A DNA stretch of 14,662 nucleotides from Pseudobdellovibrionaceae bacterium (GTDB taxonomy: Bacteria; Bdellovibrionota; Bdellovibrionia; Bdellovibrionales; Bdellovibrionaceae). The notes beneath the pieces are model-generated. The model saw only the letters and a program-made list of their open reading frames with translations, ran no database searches and was not told where the DNA came from. The stretch covers positions 1 to 14,662 of the forward strand of contig JBGGMM010000244.1 in NCBI GenBank assembly GCA_041288045.1, given 5' to 3'. This document shows positions 1 to 7,432 of this stretch, piece by piece. Position 1 is the first letter of the stretch, and each line of letters begins with the position of its first letter. The position numbers and the translations under genes were made by a program.

Positions 1-16
1 AAGGACTTCTCTCAGT

Positions 17-913
17 ATGAAGAAAAAAAAATTAGTCGTGAACCACTCTCGAAGCGTTGCCATTGTTTATCGGGGCGACAAACCTCCGGCATTGACTCTG
101 GCCAAAGCCCTAACAGCATGGCTGAAAGAGCGAAACTACAAAGTCTTCACTGCACCTGAACAAAAAGTCATTTCTGGAACCAGCTTGATCCGCACACCGG
201 CAGGGCTTTCGAAAATGAGCTTGATCGTTGTCCTGGGTGGCGATGGGACCTATTTAAGAGCTGTTCGCCTGTTGCATGGAAAGAGCATTCCGATTTTAGG
301 AGTCAATCTGGGTTCTTTGGGATTTCTCACTCCCACCCGGGCTGATGAGCTTTTCACCGCTGTTGAAAATGCGCTGGAAAACAAAATGGTGCTTCGTCCC
401 CGCTCGATGATTCACGTTGAGCTCAATCGCAAGGGACGCAAAAAGAAATCCTGGATGGCGCTCAATGATATTGTGCTGGAGCGAGGTTCTTTAAGCCAGC
501 TCATCAATATCTCCATTCACAGTGAAAAACTTTTGGTCTCTGAAGTGAAAGCTGATGGCTTGATCATTTCCACTCCCACTGGATCGACGGCTTACAATCT
601 TTCAGCTGGCGGCCCGATTTTGCACCCTGAAACCCAAGCTTTTGTGGTCACCCCGATTGCACCTCACAGTTTGACCAGCCGGCCATTGATTTTCCCCGAT
701 GACATTCAATTGAGTTTTAGACTGGTGGGGAAATTGCAGAACAGCAAAGAGCAAGCACATTTCGTGGTGGACGGTGTTAAAGTCGATCAACTTTCCACGG
801 ATGACGAAATCGTGATTTCGAAAGCCAGCATGGAGCATCTGATGGTCCGGGAACCCCATCAAAATTACTTCCATCTGCTCAGAGAAAAGCTTAAATTTGG
901 TGATCGCGCTTAA
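17..913 (+). CDS. nadK: NAD(+) kinase
   Basis: 298-aa ORF with NAD kinase motifs: GGDGT, ND (ALNDIV) and the Gly-rich segment ADGLIISTPTGSTAYNLSAGGP. It lies directly upstream of recN, a widely conserved pairing. AAGGA at 1-5 may be the RBS. GTG at 38 is an alternative start. Confidence 0.96.
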   Translation: MKKKKLVVNHSRSVAIVYRGDKPPALTLAKALTAWLKERNYKVFTAPEQKVISGTSLIRTPAGLSKMSLIVVLGGDGTYLRAVRLLHGKSIPILGVNLGSLGFLTPTRADELFTAVENALENKMVLRPRSMIHVELNRKGRKKKSWMALNDIVLERGSLSQLINISIHSEKLLVSEVKADGLIISTPTGSTAYNLSAGGPILHPETQAFVVTPIAPHSLTSRPLIFPDDIQLSFRLVGKLQNSKEQAHFVVDGVKVDQLSTDDEIVISKASMEHLMVREPHQNYFHLLREKLKFGDRA

Positions 914-937
914 AAGATAGGCATTAAGGGAGGCTCC

Positions 938-2629
938 GTGCTTCAAGAACTGAAAGTGATCAATTTTGCGATCATTGAAAATCTTGATATCCAGTTTCGT
1001 TCAGGACTCAATATTTTGAGTGGCGAAACCGGAGCGGGAAAGTCCGTGCTGCTGAAGAGCTTGGGTCTTTTGATGGGACAGAAAAGCTCCACTGAATCCA
1101 TTCGCTCTGGATGCACTCAAGCTTCGGTTGAAGGCTGCTTTGATCTTTCCAAGCGCAAAGACATTCAGAAAAAACTGGAAGAGCTCGGGATCGACACCGA
1201 AGAGAACGTTCTGGTGGTCCGCCGAGTTCTCTGCGAAGACAAATCCCGCATTTATTTGAACGGCACCATGAGCACACTGAATGCACTTCGCGATGTGGTT
1301 TCACCTTTGATCGAAGTGGCTGGCCACTCAGCCCCCTTGATTGAAATGACCGGCCAGCATGAAAATCGCTTGTTGATTTCCAAAGCCTACCACTTGGATC
1401 TGTTGGATCAGTATGTCGGTGCGTGGGACACACGCTTGAAATTCAATGAAAAGTACGATCGCCTCAAAGAGATTGAGCGAGAAATCTCGGACCTGGAGCG
1501 AGAAGCCCAGCACAAAGCTCAGCGCTTGGATTTTCTGATTTTTCAACGCGACGAAATCCAAAATCTGGAACTGGACCCCGAGGGCGACCGCGATTTGGAA
1601 ATTGAAATCAAAAAATTGAAAAACTCGGCAAAGCTCGAATCCTTTGTCGATTCCGCTGAAGAAGCTCTCTACACAGATGACGATTCAGCCATCAGCCGCC
1701 TCAATGCCATTTTGAAAAAATCTTTCGATGCTGCTCAGGTTGACCCCAAAATCGCCGAAAAACTGCAAAACCTGGAACAAGCCAGAAGCTTAATTGAAGA
1801 TTCGATTTACGATCTTCGCCAGTATGTCTCTCGCATCGAAAGCGATCCCGGACGTCTGGAAGAGCTTGAATCCCGCCTCAGCGGAATCCGCAAGCTTCAG
1901 AAAAAATACGGGCCCTCTGTCGATGATATAATGGCTGCCTTTGAAAAAATGCAGACAGAGATTAAAGACTTGGAAAATTCAGATCAAAAAATCGAAAGCC
2001 TAAAAGCTGAAGCCGAAAAAATTGAAAAAGAACTTCGAAAAATCGCCCAGACCCTCCATGAAAAGCGCAGCAACGGAAGCCGCTTGCTAGCTGATTCCGT
2101 GAATGCCGAACTTTTGGATCTGAACATGAAGGGCGTGACTTTTCATGTCTCCGTCGAAAAATTCAGCGAACTTAACAGCACTGGCATCAGTGACGTGGAA
2201 TTTCTCAGTCAAACTTCCAATAAAGACCCCAAGCGCCCTCTCGCCAAATTCGCCAGCGGCGGCGAGCTTTCAAGGATTCTTCTGTCCTTGAAACGAGTGG
2301 TGGGATCTTCTCATCAACCGCGAACTTACCTCTTTGACGAAGTCGACACCGGCGTCTCCGGCCCAACAGCCGAAAAAGTCGGTCGCAAACTAAAATCCAT
2401 CGCCAAAGGCCAGCAGGTCATCTGCGTGACCCATTTACCGCAAGTAGCCGCCTACGGCGATTCCCATTTCTACATCCAAAAATCTCCAAAAAAAGGCAGC
2501 GTTGCGATGGAGATTCTGGAACTCAAACCCAAGGATCGCATCCAAGAAATTGCTCGCTTGATCTCTGGCGAGAAAATTTCGAAGACCAGTCTGGCTCATG
2601 CTGAGCAGCTTTTGGCTGAAGCCCGGTAA
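938..2629 (+). CDS. recN: DNA repair protein RecN (SMC-like ATPase)
   Basis: 563 aa with GTG start and GGAGG at 929-933. Walker A GETGAGKS, Q-loop TGQHE, long central coiled coil, signature ASGGELSR, Walker B/D-loop LFDEVDTG, H-loop THLPQVA. Confidence 0.97.
   Translation: MLQELKVINFAIIENLDIQFRSGLNILSGETGAGKSVLLKSLGLLMGQKSSTESIRSGCTQASVEGCFDLSKRKDIQKKLEELGIDTEENVLVVRRVLCEDKSRIYLNGTMSTLNALRDVVSPLIEVAGHSAPLIEMTGQHENRLLISKAYHLDLLDQYVGAWDTRLKFNEKYDRLKEIEREISDLEREAQHKAQRLDFLIFQRDEIQNLELDPEGDRDLEIEIKKLKNSAKLESFVDSAEEALYTDDDSAISRLNAILKKSFDAAQVDPKIAEKLQNLEQARSLIEDSIYDLRQYVSRIESDPGRLEELESRLSGIRKLQKKYGPSVDDIMAAFEKMQTEIKDLENSDQKIESLKAEAEKIEKELRKIAQTLHEKRSNGSRLLADSVNAELLDLNMKGVTFHVSVEKFSELNSTGISDVEFLSQTSNKDPKRPLAKFASGGELSRILLSLKRVVGSSHQPRTYLFDEVDTGVSGPTAEKVGRKLKSIAKGQQVICVTHLPQVAAYGDSHFYIQKSPKKGSVAMEILELKPKDRIQEIARLISGEKISKTSLAHAEQLLAEAR
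1301..1360 (+). repeat. Degenerate in-frame 30-bp tandem duplication inside recN (SPLIEVAGHS / APLIEMTGQH)
   Basis: tcacctttgatcgaagtggctggccactca (1301-1330) versus gcccccttgattgaaatgaccggccagcat (1331-1360). 19 of the first 26 positions are identical by manual count, and both units encode PLIExxG. Confidence 0.7.
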
Positions 2630-2631
2630 TG

Positions 2632-2694
2632 TTCTGGAAATTCGGCCATCCAGGCCTCACCCCTTCGGGGCTCGCCTGCGGCGAGTTTCCAGAA
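2632..2694. repeat. REP-like palindromic cloverleaf (four-way junction) immediately after the recN stop
   Basis: Closing stem TTCTGGAAA (2632-2640)/TTTCCAGAA (2686-2694). It encloses GGCC-ATCCA-GGCC (2644-2656), CCC-TTCG-GGG (2661-2670, a cUUCGg tetraloop) and CTCGCC-TGC-GGCGAG (2671-2685). Whether it is a genome-wide repeat cannot be seen from one window. Confidence 0.6.
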
Positions 2695-2737
2695 AACGCT
2701 GCGGCATTTATTCACCGAACTGTTTTTATCTTTTTGA

Positions 2738-2762
2738 ACTGCTGATCACGATGATCAGCAGT
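2738..2762. other. Perfect 11-bp hairpin
   Basis: ACTGCTGATCA-CGA-TGATCAGCAGT. No U-tract follows it on either strand. Confidence 0.75.
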
Positions 2763-2770
2763 CCGGGGGT

Positions 2771-2790
2771 TCGGGGCAGGCCTGCCCCGA
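2771..2790. other. Perfect 20-bp GC-rich palindrome preceded by GGGGGT
   Basis: TCGGGGCAGG|CCTGCCCCGA is its own reverse complement. Confidence 0.8.
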
Positions 2791-2820
2791 TTGCATGGAC
2801 GCAGACACTTCATGATCATT

Positions 2821-2892
2821 GCCGAACACTCAAGTTATCGTCTGTCCATAAACAGACGATAATCAGAGTAAAATTCTGCACATGCAGTCGGC
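2821..2892. other. Extended stem-loop / possible three-way junction next to the lpxH stop
   Basis: Perfect 11-bp stem TTATCGTCTGT (2835-2845)-CCATAA-ACAGACGATAA (2852-2862), extended by ACTC/GAGT (2828-2831/2866-2869). Side hairpin CTGC-ACAT-GCAG (2876-2887). Closing helix GCCGA/TCGGC (2821-2825/2888-2892). Confidence 0.6.
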
Positions 2893-2900
2893 CTAGTATC

Positions 2901-3638
2901 TTAAAGCTGGACCCAAGAGTGCCCAGCTTCCGTCAGCCGCAGGGCCTTTGGAGTCTCGAACCAGGACCCGAGGTTAATTGAAATTTTCTTTTTCGAATTC
3001 AAGTCGAATTCAAATTCGTCGCGGACGTGCATGTGGCCTGTGATGATGTAATCAAATTCCGACTCTCGAGCTTTGGATTGAGCGTAGGTTCTGATTCTTT
3101 CGCGCATGACTTCTTCGCTGTCGCGGCGAGTGGTTGAGCTCTGTTTACGGCTCAGTCTTGAAGCGAAGGAGCCGACTTCGTCGAAGAATTTTCCCGGGAT
3201 GAATTCGGCGACGAGATTCATTTTGGGATTTCGGATGAATTCTAAATAGCGCAGGTAGGCTTTGTCGTCTGGGTTGATGTAATCGCCATGTTCGAGGCGG
3301 ACTTGGTAGGGACCCAAATCGAAAATTTTGGCATCGACCTGGACTGGGATTTGGAATTTTTGTTCCCAGAAATTTTTGATTTGCACGTCGTGATTGCCTT
3401 CAAAGTAAACGACTTCGATGCCTCTTCTTTTGAGATCGGCAATGGCGTCGACGATGGCTTGAAATTTTTTTTGAAAGACGTCAGAGCTTCCGACCCAGAG
3501 GTCAAAGACGTCGCCTAAGAAAAATAAATGGGTGGTGGCTTTGTCTTGCTTGAGAGAATGCAAAAAGCGCAACAGGATGACACTGTTGCGCTCATTGATG
3601 TTTTTCAAGTGCAGATCAGAAATGAACCAAGCTTGCAT
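2901..3638 (-). CDS. lpxH: UDP-2,3-diacylglucosamine diphosphatase-like metallophosphoesterase (LpxH family, GNHD type)
   Basis: 245 aa with calcineurin-like phosphoesterase motifs in LpxH spacing: FISDLHL, GDVFDLW, EGNHD, LEHGD and TGHMH, plus a late LGSW. Its start overlaps the ftsZ stop (TAATG at 3640-3636). Confidence 0.8.
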   Translation of the reverse strand: MQAWFISDLHLKNINERNSVILLRFLHSLKQDKATTHLFFLGDVFDLWVGSSDVFQKKFQAIVDAIADLKRRGIEVVYFEGNHDVQIKNFWEQKFQIPVQVDAKIFDLGPYQVRLEHGDYINPDDKAYLRYLEFIRNPKMNLVAEFIPGKFFDEVGSFASRLSRKQSSTTRRDSEEVMRERIRTYAQSKARESEFDYIITGHMHVRDEFEFDLNSKKKISINLGSWFETPKALRLTEAGHSWVQL

Positions 3639-5239
3639 TAGCGCTCAGTGTTGGCTTCACCCTGGCGCTTGCGAATGAAAGCTGGGACTTCCAGATTTTG
3701 ACTGGAAAATGGTGAGCTCAAAACTTCGCGAGCCATGCGACGAGCTTCTTCTAAAGATTGCTCTGTAGGGTCCACATTCATAGATAGCTGCTCAGGCTGG
3801 TGATGTCTTTGCTTGAGCTCCTGGCTTTCTTTGAAAGCTCGGGCTTTTGCAATCAACATGTCCCGCGCAGAGACGCTGGCATCTAAAGACGGAGCAGCTG
3901 GAGCCGCAGGTGCAATTGGCGAAAGAGTTTCAGGCATTTCCATTGGTGCTTGCACAGTCATTGGGCTTTGCGGCTGGGCCGGAGGCTGGGGCATTGTCGC
4001 TGTTGGCTCTGCCGGATTCACTTGCGGATTGCTTGTTTGAGCCATGTAAGCTGGCGGAGAAAACTGCGGTGCTTGTGGAGCCGGAATTGTGAATGACACT
4101 GGTTGCTGCGGCATCGACGGCATTTGTGGCATCACTGGCATTTGAAACTGCGGCACTGATGGCTGATTGTTATGGAAAGAGGGAATTGGTGGCAATTCGA
4201 TGTTTTGCATTGAAGCCGAAGGAGCTGTGTTCAGGAACTCCTGCATTCGAGCCATTGTATCAACGCTTTGGATTTTCTTGTCAGGATCGGCAAAGCCAGT
4301 GGCAATGACTGTGACTCGAACTTCGTCTGTCATTGTGTCATCGATCACAGCACCGAAAATGATCTCAGCTTCTTCGTGAGCGGCTTCGGTGATCAGAGTC
4401 GAAGCTTCGTTGACTTCGTACAAGCTCAAGTCAGGTCCGCCAGTCACATTGATGATAATGCCAGTGGCGCCATCGATTTTGATATTCTCAAGCAGCGGAG
4501 AAGAAATCGCTGCAGTTGCAGCTTCAACCGCACGGTTTTCACCTTTGGCGTATCCAGTTCCCATCAATGCCAAGCCTTTGGCCTGCATGACAGTGCGAAT
4601 GTCGGCGAAATCCAAATTGATCAGACCGCGGATGTTGATCAAATCCGAAATCCCTTTGACCGCCTGAAGAAGAACTTCGTCGGCTTTTTTGAAAGTTTCA
4701 GTCAGAGGAGTTTTATCGCCAGCGATTGAGAGCAGTTTTTGATTGGGGATGACGATCAGGGTGTCGACATTCTCTTTCAGTTCTTGCAAACCGCCTTCAG
4801 CGTGCTTTTGACGTTTTTTTCCTTCGAAAACAAAAGGTCGAGTGACCACACCGATGGTGAGGGCTCCCAATTCACGAGCAATCTTGGCAACCACTGGCGC
4901 TCCGCCAGTTCCGGTTCCACCGCCCATTCCGGCAGTGACGAAAACCATGTCGGCTCCTTCGAGCCTTTCAACGATTTCATTGTAAGACTCAATGGCAGCG
5001 CGACGGCCCACATCGGGATTGGCGCCGGCGCCGAGACCTTTTGTCAGATCCAGACCCAGCTGGATTTTGCCAGCAGCTTTGTTGGCATTCAGCGCTTGGA
5101 TATCAGTGTTGGCAACGATGAATTCAACGCCGTTCATTTGCGATTCGATCATAGTTGTGACCGCGTTGCTTCCGCCACCGCCGACGCCAACAACTTTGAT
5201 GTTGGCACCGATGCTGATGTTCTCTTCAAGTTCAAACAT
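3638..5239 (-). CDS. ftsZ: Cell division protein FtsZ
   Basis: 533 aa with [22 protein letters not shown], tubulin signature [16 protein letters not shown] (T7 loop), VIATGF, a long P/Q-rich linker and C-terminal core peptide [12 protein letters not shown]-like GGGGGGAG just upstream. Confidence 0.99.
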   Translation of the reverse strand: MFELEENISIGANIKVVGVGGGGSNAVTTMIESQMNGVEFIVANTDIQALNANKAAGKIQLGLDLTKGLGAGANPDVGRRAAIESYNEIVERLEGADMVFVTAGMGGGTGTGGAPVVAKIARELGALTIGVVTRPFVFEGKKRQKHAEGGLQELKENVDTLIVIPNQKLLSIAGDKTPLTETFKKADEVLLQAVKGISDLINIRGLINLDFADIRTVMQAKGLALMGTGYAKGENRAVEAATAAISSPLLENIKIDGATGIIINVTGGPDLSLYEVNEASTLITEAAHEEAEIIFGAVIDDTMTDEVRVTVIATGFADPDKKIQSVDTMARMQEFLNTAPSASMQNIELPPIPSFHNNQPSVPQFQMPVMPQMPSMPQQPVSFTIPAPQAPQFSPPAYMAQTSNPQVNPAEPTATMPQPPAQPQSPMTVQAPMEMPETLSPIAPAAPAAPSLDASVSARDMLIAKARAFKESQELKQRHHQPEQLSMNVDPTEQSLEEARRMAREVLSSPFSSQNLEVPAFIRKRQGEANTER

Positions 5240-5253
5240 GCTGCTCCCCCCGA

Positions 5254-6543
5254 TTAAAATAATCCCTCAATAAAAGTTTTCACTTTGGTCCCGAATGAAT
5301 TGATCGAATCAGCGATCGCATCTTCGTTCTTCGTCGAACTGGCTTTGCTAAATTTTTTCTGAGCCAGTCCATAGAGAAGAAGGCCCACAGAAGTCGAGAA
5401 AGCTCCAGACTTTACCACTTCTGTCAGTCCCGCCACCTTATCATTAGATCCAATTGGAATTCCGCGCCGAACTGGGACGTCAAAAATAAATTCGCCCATT
5501 TCGATCAGACCATCGAGCTGACTGGCTCCGCCTGTGAGAACCACGCCGGATCCCAACAAAGGCAAAAGTCCACTCATTCGCAGGTCATTGGCGATCATTT
5601 GCAAAGTCTCTTCAGCTCGAGGCTCGATGACTTCGGCAAGATCGCGTCTTAATACTGTACGGGCTTTTCGGCCACCGACGCCTTCGACCTCGATGGTCTC
5701 TTCGTCGCCAGCCAATGCGGCCATCGCACATCCATATTTTTGTTTCAATTCTTCTGCCGCGACTTGCGGAGTTCGAAGTCCGATCGCCACATCGTGAGTG
5801 AAATGCTGTCCACCCACTGGCACAACCGATGTGTGAGCCAAGCTTCCGTGCACAAAGTAAACGGAATTGCAGCTTCCTGCTCCCATGTCGACAACACAGA
5901 CGCCAAGAGCTTTTTCATCTTCAGAAAGAACCGACATCGCTGATGCCAGAGGATCCAAAACAAAGCCCATGACTTTCAGGCCTGCTTTTTCAATGCATTT
6001 CACATTGTTGGCCATGGCAGTCTGACTGCTGGTGACGATATGAACACTGGCTTCCAGGCGAATGCCTGACATTCCGACTGGATCCAAGATTCCATCTTGG
6101 CCGTCGACTTTGTATTCGCGCGGAAGGACGTGCAAAACGGTGCGATCTGTTGGAACGGCGACGGCTTTGGCGGCATCGATCACTCGATCCACATCCAGAT
6201 GGGTGACTTCTTTATTCTTGATGGCCACCATGCCTTTGGAATCGAAAGACTTGATGTGAGATCCAGAGACCCCGACCCAGACGTCTTCAATTTTGTAGCC
6301 TGACATCAATTCCGCTTCTTCGCGGGCTTTGCGGATGGATTCGGCTGTGGCTTCGATATTCACCACAATGCCTTGGCGGATTCCCGTATTGGGAGCCGTT
6401 CCTAGTCCGACAATGTCTAGTTTTGGGTTTTCAGGATTCGCCTGATCGACGATTGCAATGACCACGCTGACTTTGGATGAACCAATGTCGAGACCCGCTA
6501 TGGCAAGAGGTCTTGCACTTTTTTGTGTCAGTTTTGTATTCAT
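5254..6543 (-). CDS. ftsA: Cell division protein FtsA
   Basis: Actin-like motifs [31 protein letters not shown]-like IEPRAEE and LTGGASQL, with a C-terminal amphipathic helix ([13 protein letters not shown]). I place the start at ATG 6543 (GGACGAG upstream). The ORF track's 6573 is the alternative. Confidence 0.96.
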   Translation of the reverse strand: MNTKLTQKSARPLAIAGLDIGSSKVSVVIAIVDQANPENPKLDIVGLGTAPNTGIRQGIVVNIEATAESIRKAREEAELMSGYKIEDVWVGVSGSHIKSFDSKGMVAIKNKEVTHLDVDRVIDAAKAVAVPTDRTVLHVLPREYKVDGQDGILDPVGMSGIRLEASVHIVTSSQTAMANNVKCIEKAGLKVMGFVLDPLASAMSVLSEDEKALGVCVVDMGAGSCNSVYFVHGSLAHTSVVPVGGQHFTHDVAIGLRTPQVAAEELKQKYGCAMAALAGDEETIEVEGVGGRKARTVLRRDLAEVIEPRAEETLQMIANDLRMSGLLPLLGSGVVLTGGASQLDGLIEMGEFIFDVPVRRGIPIGSNDKVAGLTEVVKSGAFSTSVGLLLYGLAQKKFSKASSTKNEDAIADSINSFGTKVKTFIEGLF

Positions 6544-6606
6544 TTGTGACTCGTCCGTAAGTTTTGCCAACATCCATCCAAGACATTGGTCCCTTAGACT
6601 AAAAGC

Positions 6607-7359
6607 TTAGGGGTCCTTACGCAGCCTGACAAGGACTTTTTTTGACAAATTTGCATCGATGACGCGAGCTTCTAACTGACGGCCCTCCATGTACTCCAGG
6701 ACCTGAGAGACTCGAGCTGCCTTCAAGGGGATGGCTTCTTCGCCAATTTTGACCTTAATTCCTGATTCAATCAACGTGGCCCAAAATCCTTCTTTGGAAT
6801 CAAAGCGCAGCTCAGAGATTTTTTTTTGCGAGAATTTTCCATCTGATGGAATATCCGAAATTGTCTCGACAGCTTTTTTTCGCATCTCTGGATTTTTTTC
6901 GAAAATCTCGCCTTCAAGCAATGTCACATCCGGAGCTGTTTTGCTGGTCACTGATTTCAAAAAACTTCCGTCCTGCACGATGGGTAGAAGCTCTCCAGCT
7001 TTGCTCAGATAGAGAAGTTTCACGGCTTTTGGAGTCACTCGCACACTGAGGCGAGTGGGCCAACTGCGAGAGAGATAATTGGACTCTGTCCAATCCAGAT
7101 TTTGAATTTGCGCCGAAATTTTTGAAAGTTCCAAATCCCAGAGGGATTGACCTCGATAAGTTTCCAGTTGCTTTTCCAGTTCGGCGACCAGGGGCTGCAG
7201 GAACTGCGGATTCAAACTGCCGCTTTCGATGGAAATTTCGATGTGATCCAAATTGAAAAATCCGTTTTGATTCAACCAATAAATAGTTCCAACCACAGAA
7301 GCCGGAATTGCGAAGAGAGCCAGAAAGAGCTTGAAGATGATTTTTTTCATAGGATTCAT
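6607..7359 (-). CDS. ftsQ: Cell division protein FtsQ/DivIB
   Basis: 250 aa with one N-terminal TM segment, a POTRA-like region (GQSLWDLEL...LDW...SRSWPTRLSVRV) and a C-terminal VIDANL..KVLVR strand matching the FtsQ IDLR...VVR position. Directly upstream of ftsA. Start is 7359 or 7350. Confidence 0.88.
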   Translation of the reverse strand: MNPMKKIIFKLFLALFAIPASVVGTIYWLNQNGFFNLDHIEISIESGSLNPQFLQPLVAELEKQLETYRGQSLWDLELSKISAQIQNLDWTESNYLSRSWPTRLSVRVTPKAVKLLYLSKAGELLPIVQDGSFLKSVTSKTAPDVTLLEGEIFEKNPEMRKKAVETISDIPSDGKFSQKKISELRFDSKEGFWATLIESGIKVKIGEEAIPLKAARVSQVLEYMEGRQLEARVIDANLSKKVLVRLRKDP

Positions 7360-7390
7360 CTTTATCCTACGGGAATTCCCGCAGGATGAA
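7350..7390 (-). promoter_or_regulatory. Competing hairpins covering the putative ftsQ Shine-Dalgarno
   Basis: The mRNA sense reads TTCATCCTGCGGGAATTCCCGTAGGATAAAGATGAATCCTA. A 24-nt near-palindrome (7364-7387, one G-U pair on the mRNA strand) contains AGGA 5 nt before the ATG. An alternative TAGGAT/ATCCTA stem spans 7369-7350. Confidence 0.5.
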
Positions 7391-7432
7391 CATATTCAGC
7401 TTCTGGCTCTGGACCTGGACGAAAGACTGTCG

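Noticed and set aside
23..31. A9 run at the nadK 5' end as a phase-variation tract
   Set aside because: It encodes Lys codons in an intact housekeeping gene, and similar A/T runs occur elsewhere (e.g. ftsQ 6819-6827) without frameshifts.
914..937. LexA/SOS box upstream of recN
   Set aside because: The 24-bp gap contains only the RBS and no palindrome. Any operator would lie upstream of nadK, outside the window.
2630..2900. CRISPR array, tRNA, retron msr-msd or classical intrinsic terminator in the spacer
   Set aside because: No regularly spaced direct repeats or cas genes. The cloverleaf lacks tRNA arm sizes and D/T-loop consensus. No reverse transcriptase is in the window. No strong stem has a long downstream U-tract, only TTT after 2685.
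2598..2981. 127-aa ORF spanning the recN-lpxH spacer
   Set aside because: It overlaps both flanking genes, has no evident SD, runs through perfect palindromes and has no recognisable domain.
7411..7420. GG(A/T)CCTGGAC shared by the ompA-ftsQ spacer and the ftsW-murG spacer (12812-12821)
   Set aside because: The word is short and near-identical copies occur inside coding regions (e.g. around 3336 in lpxH), so it cannot be distinguished from chance.
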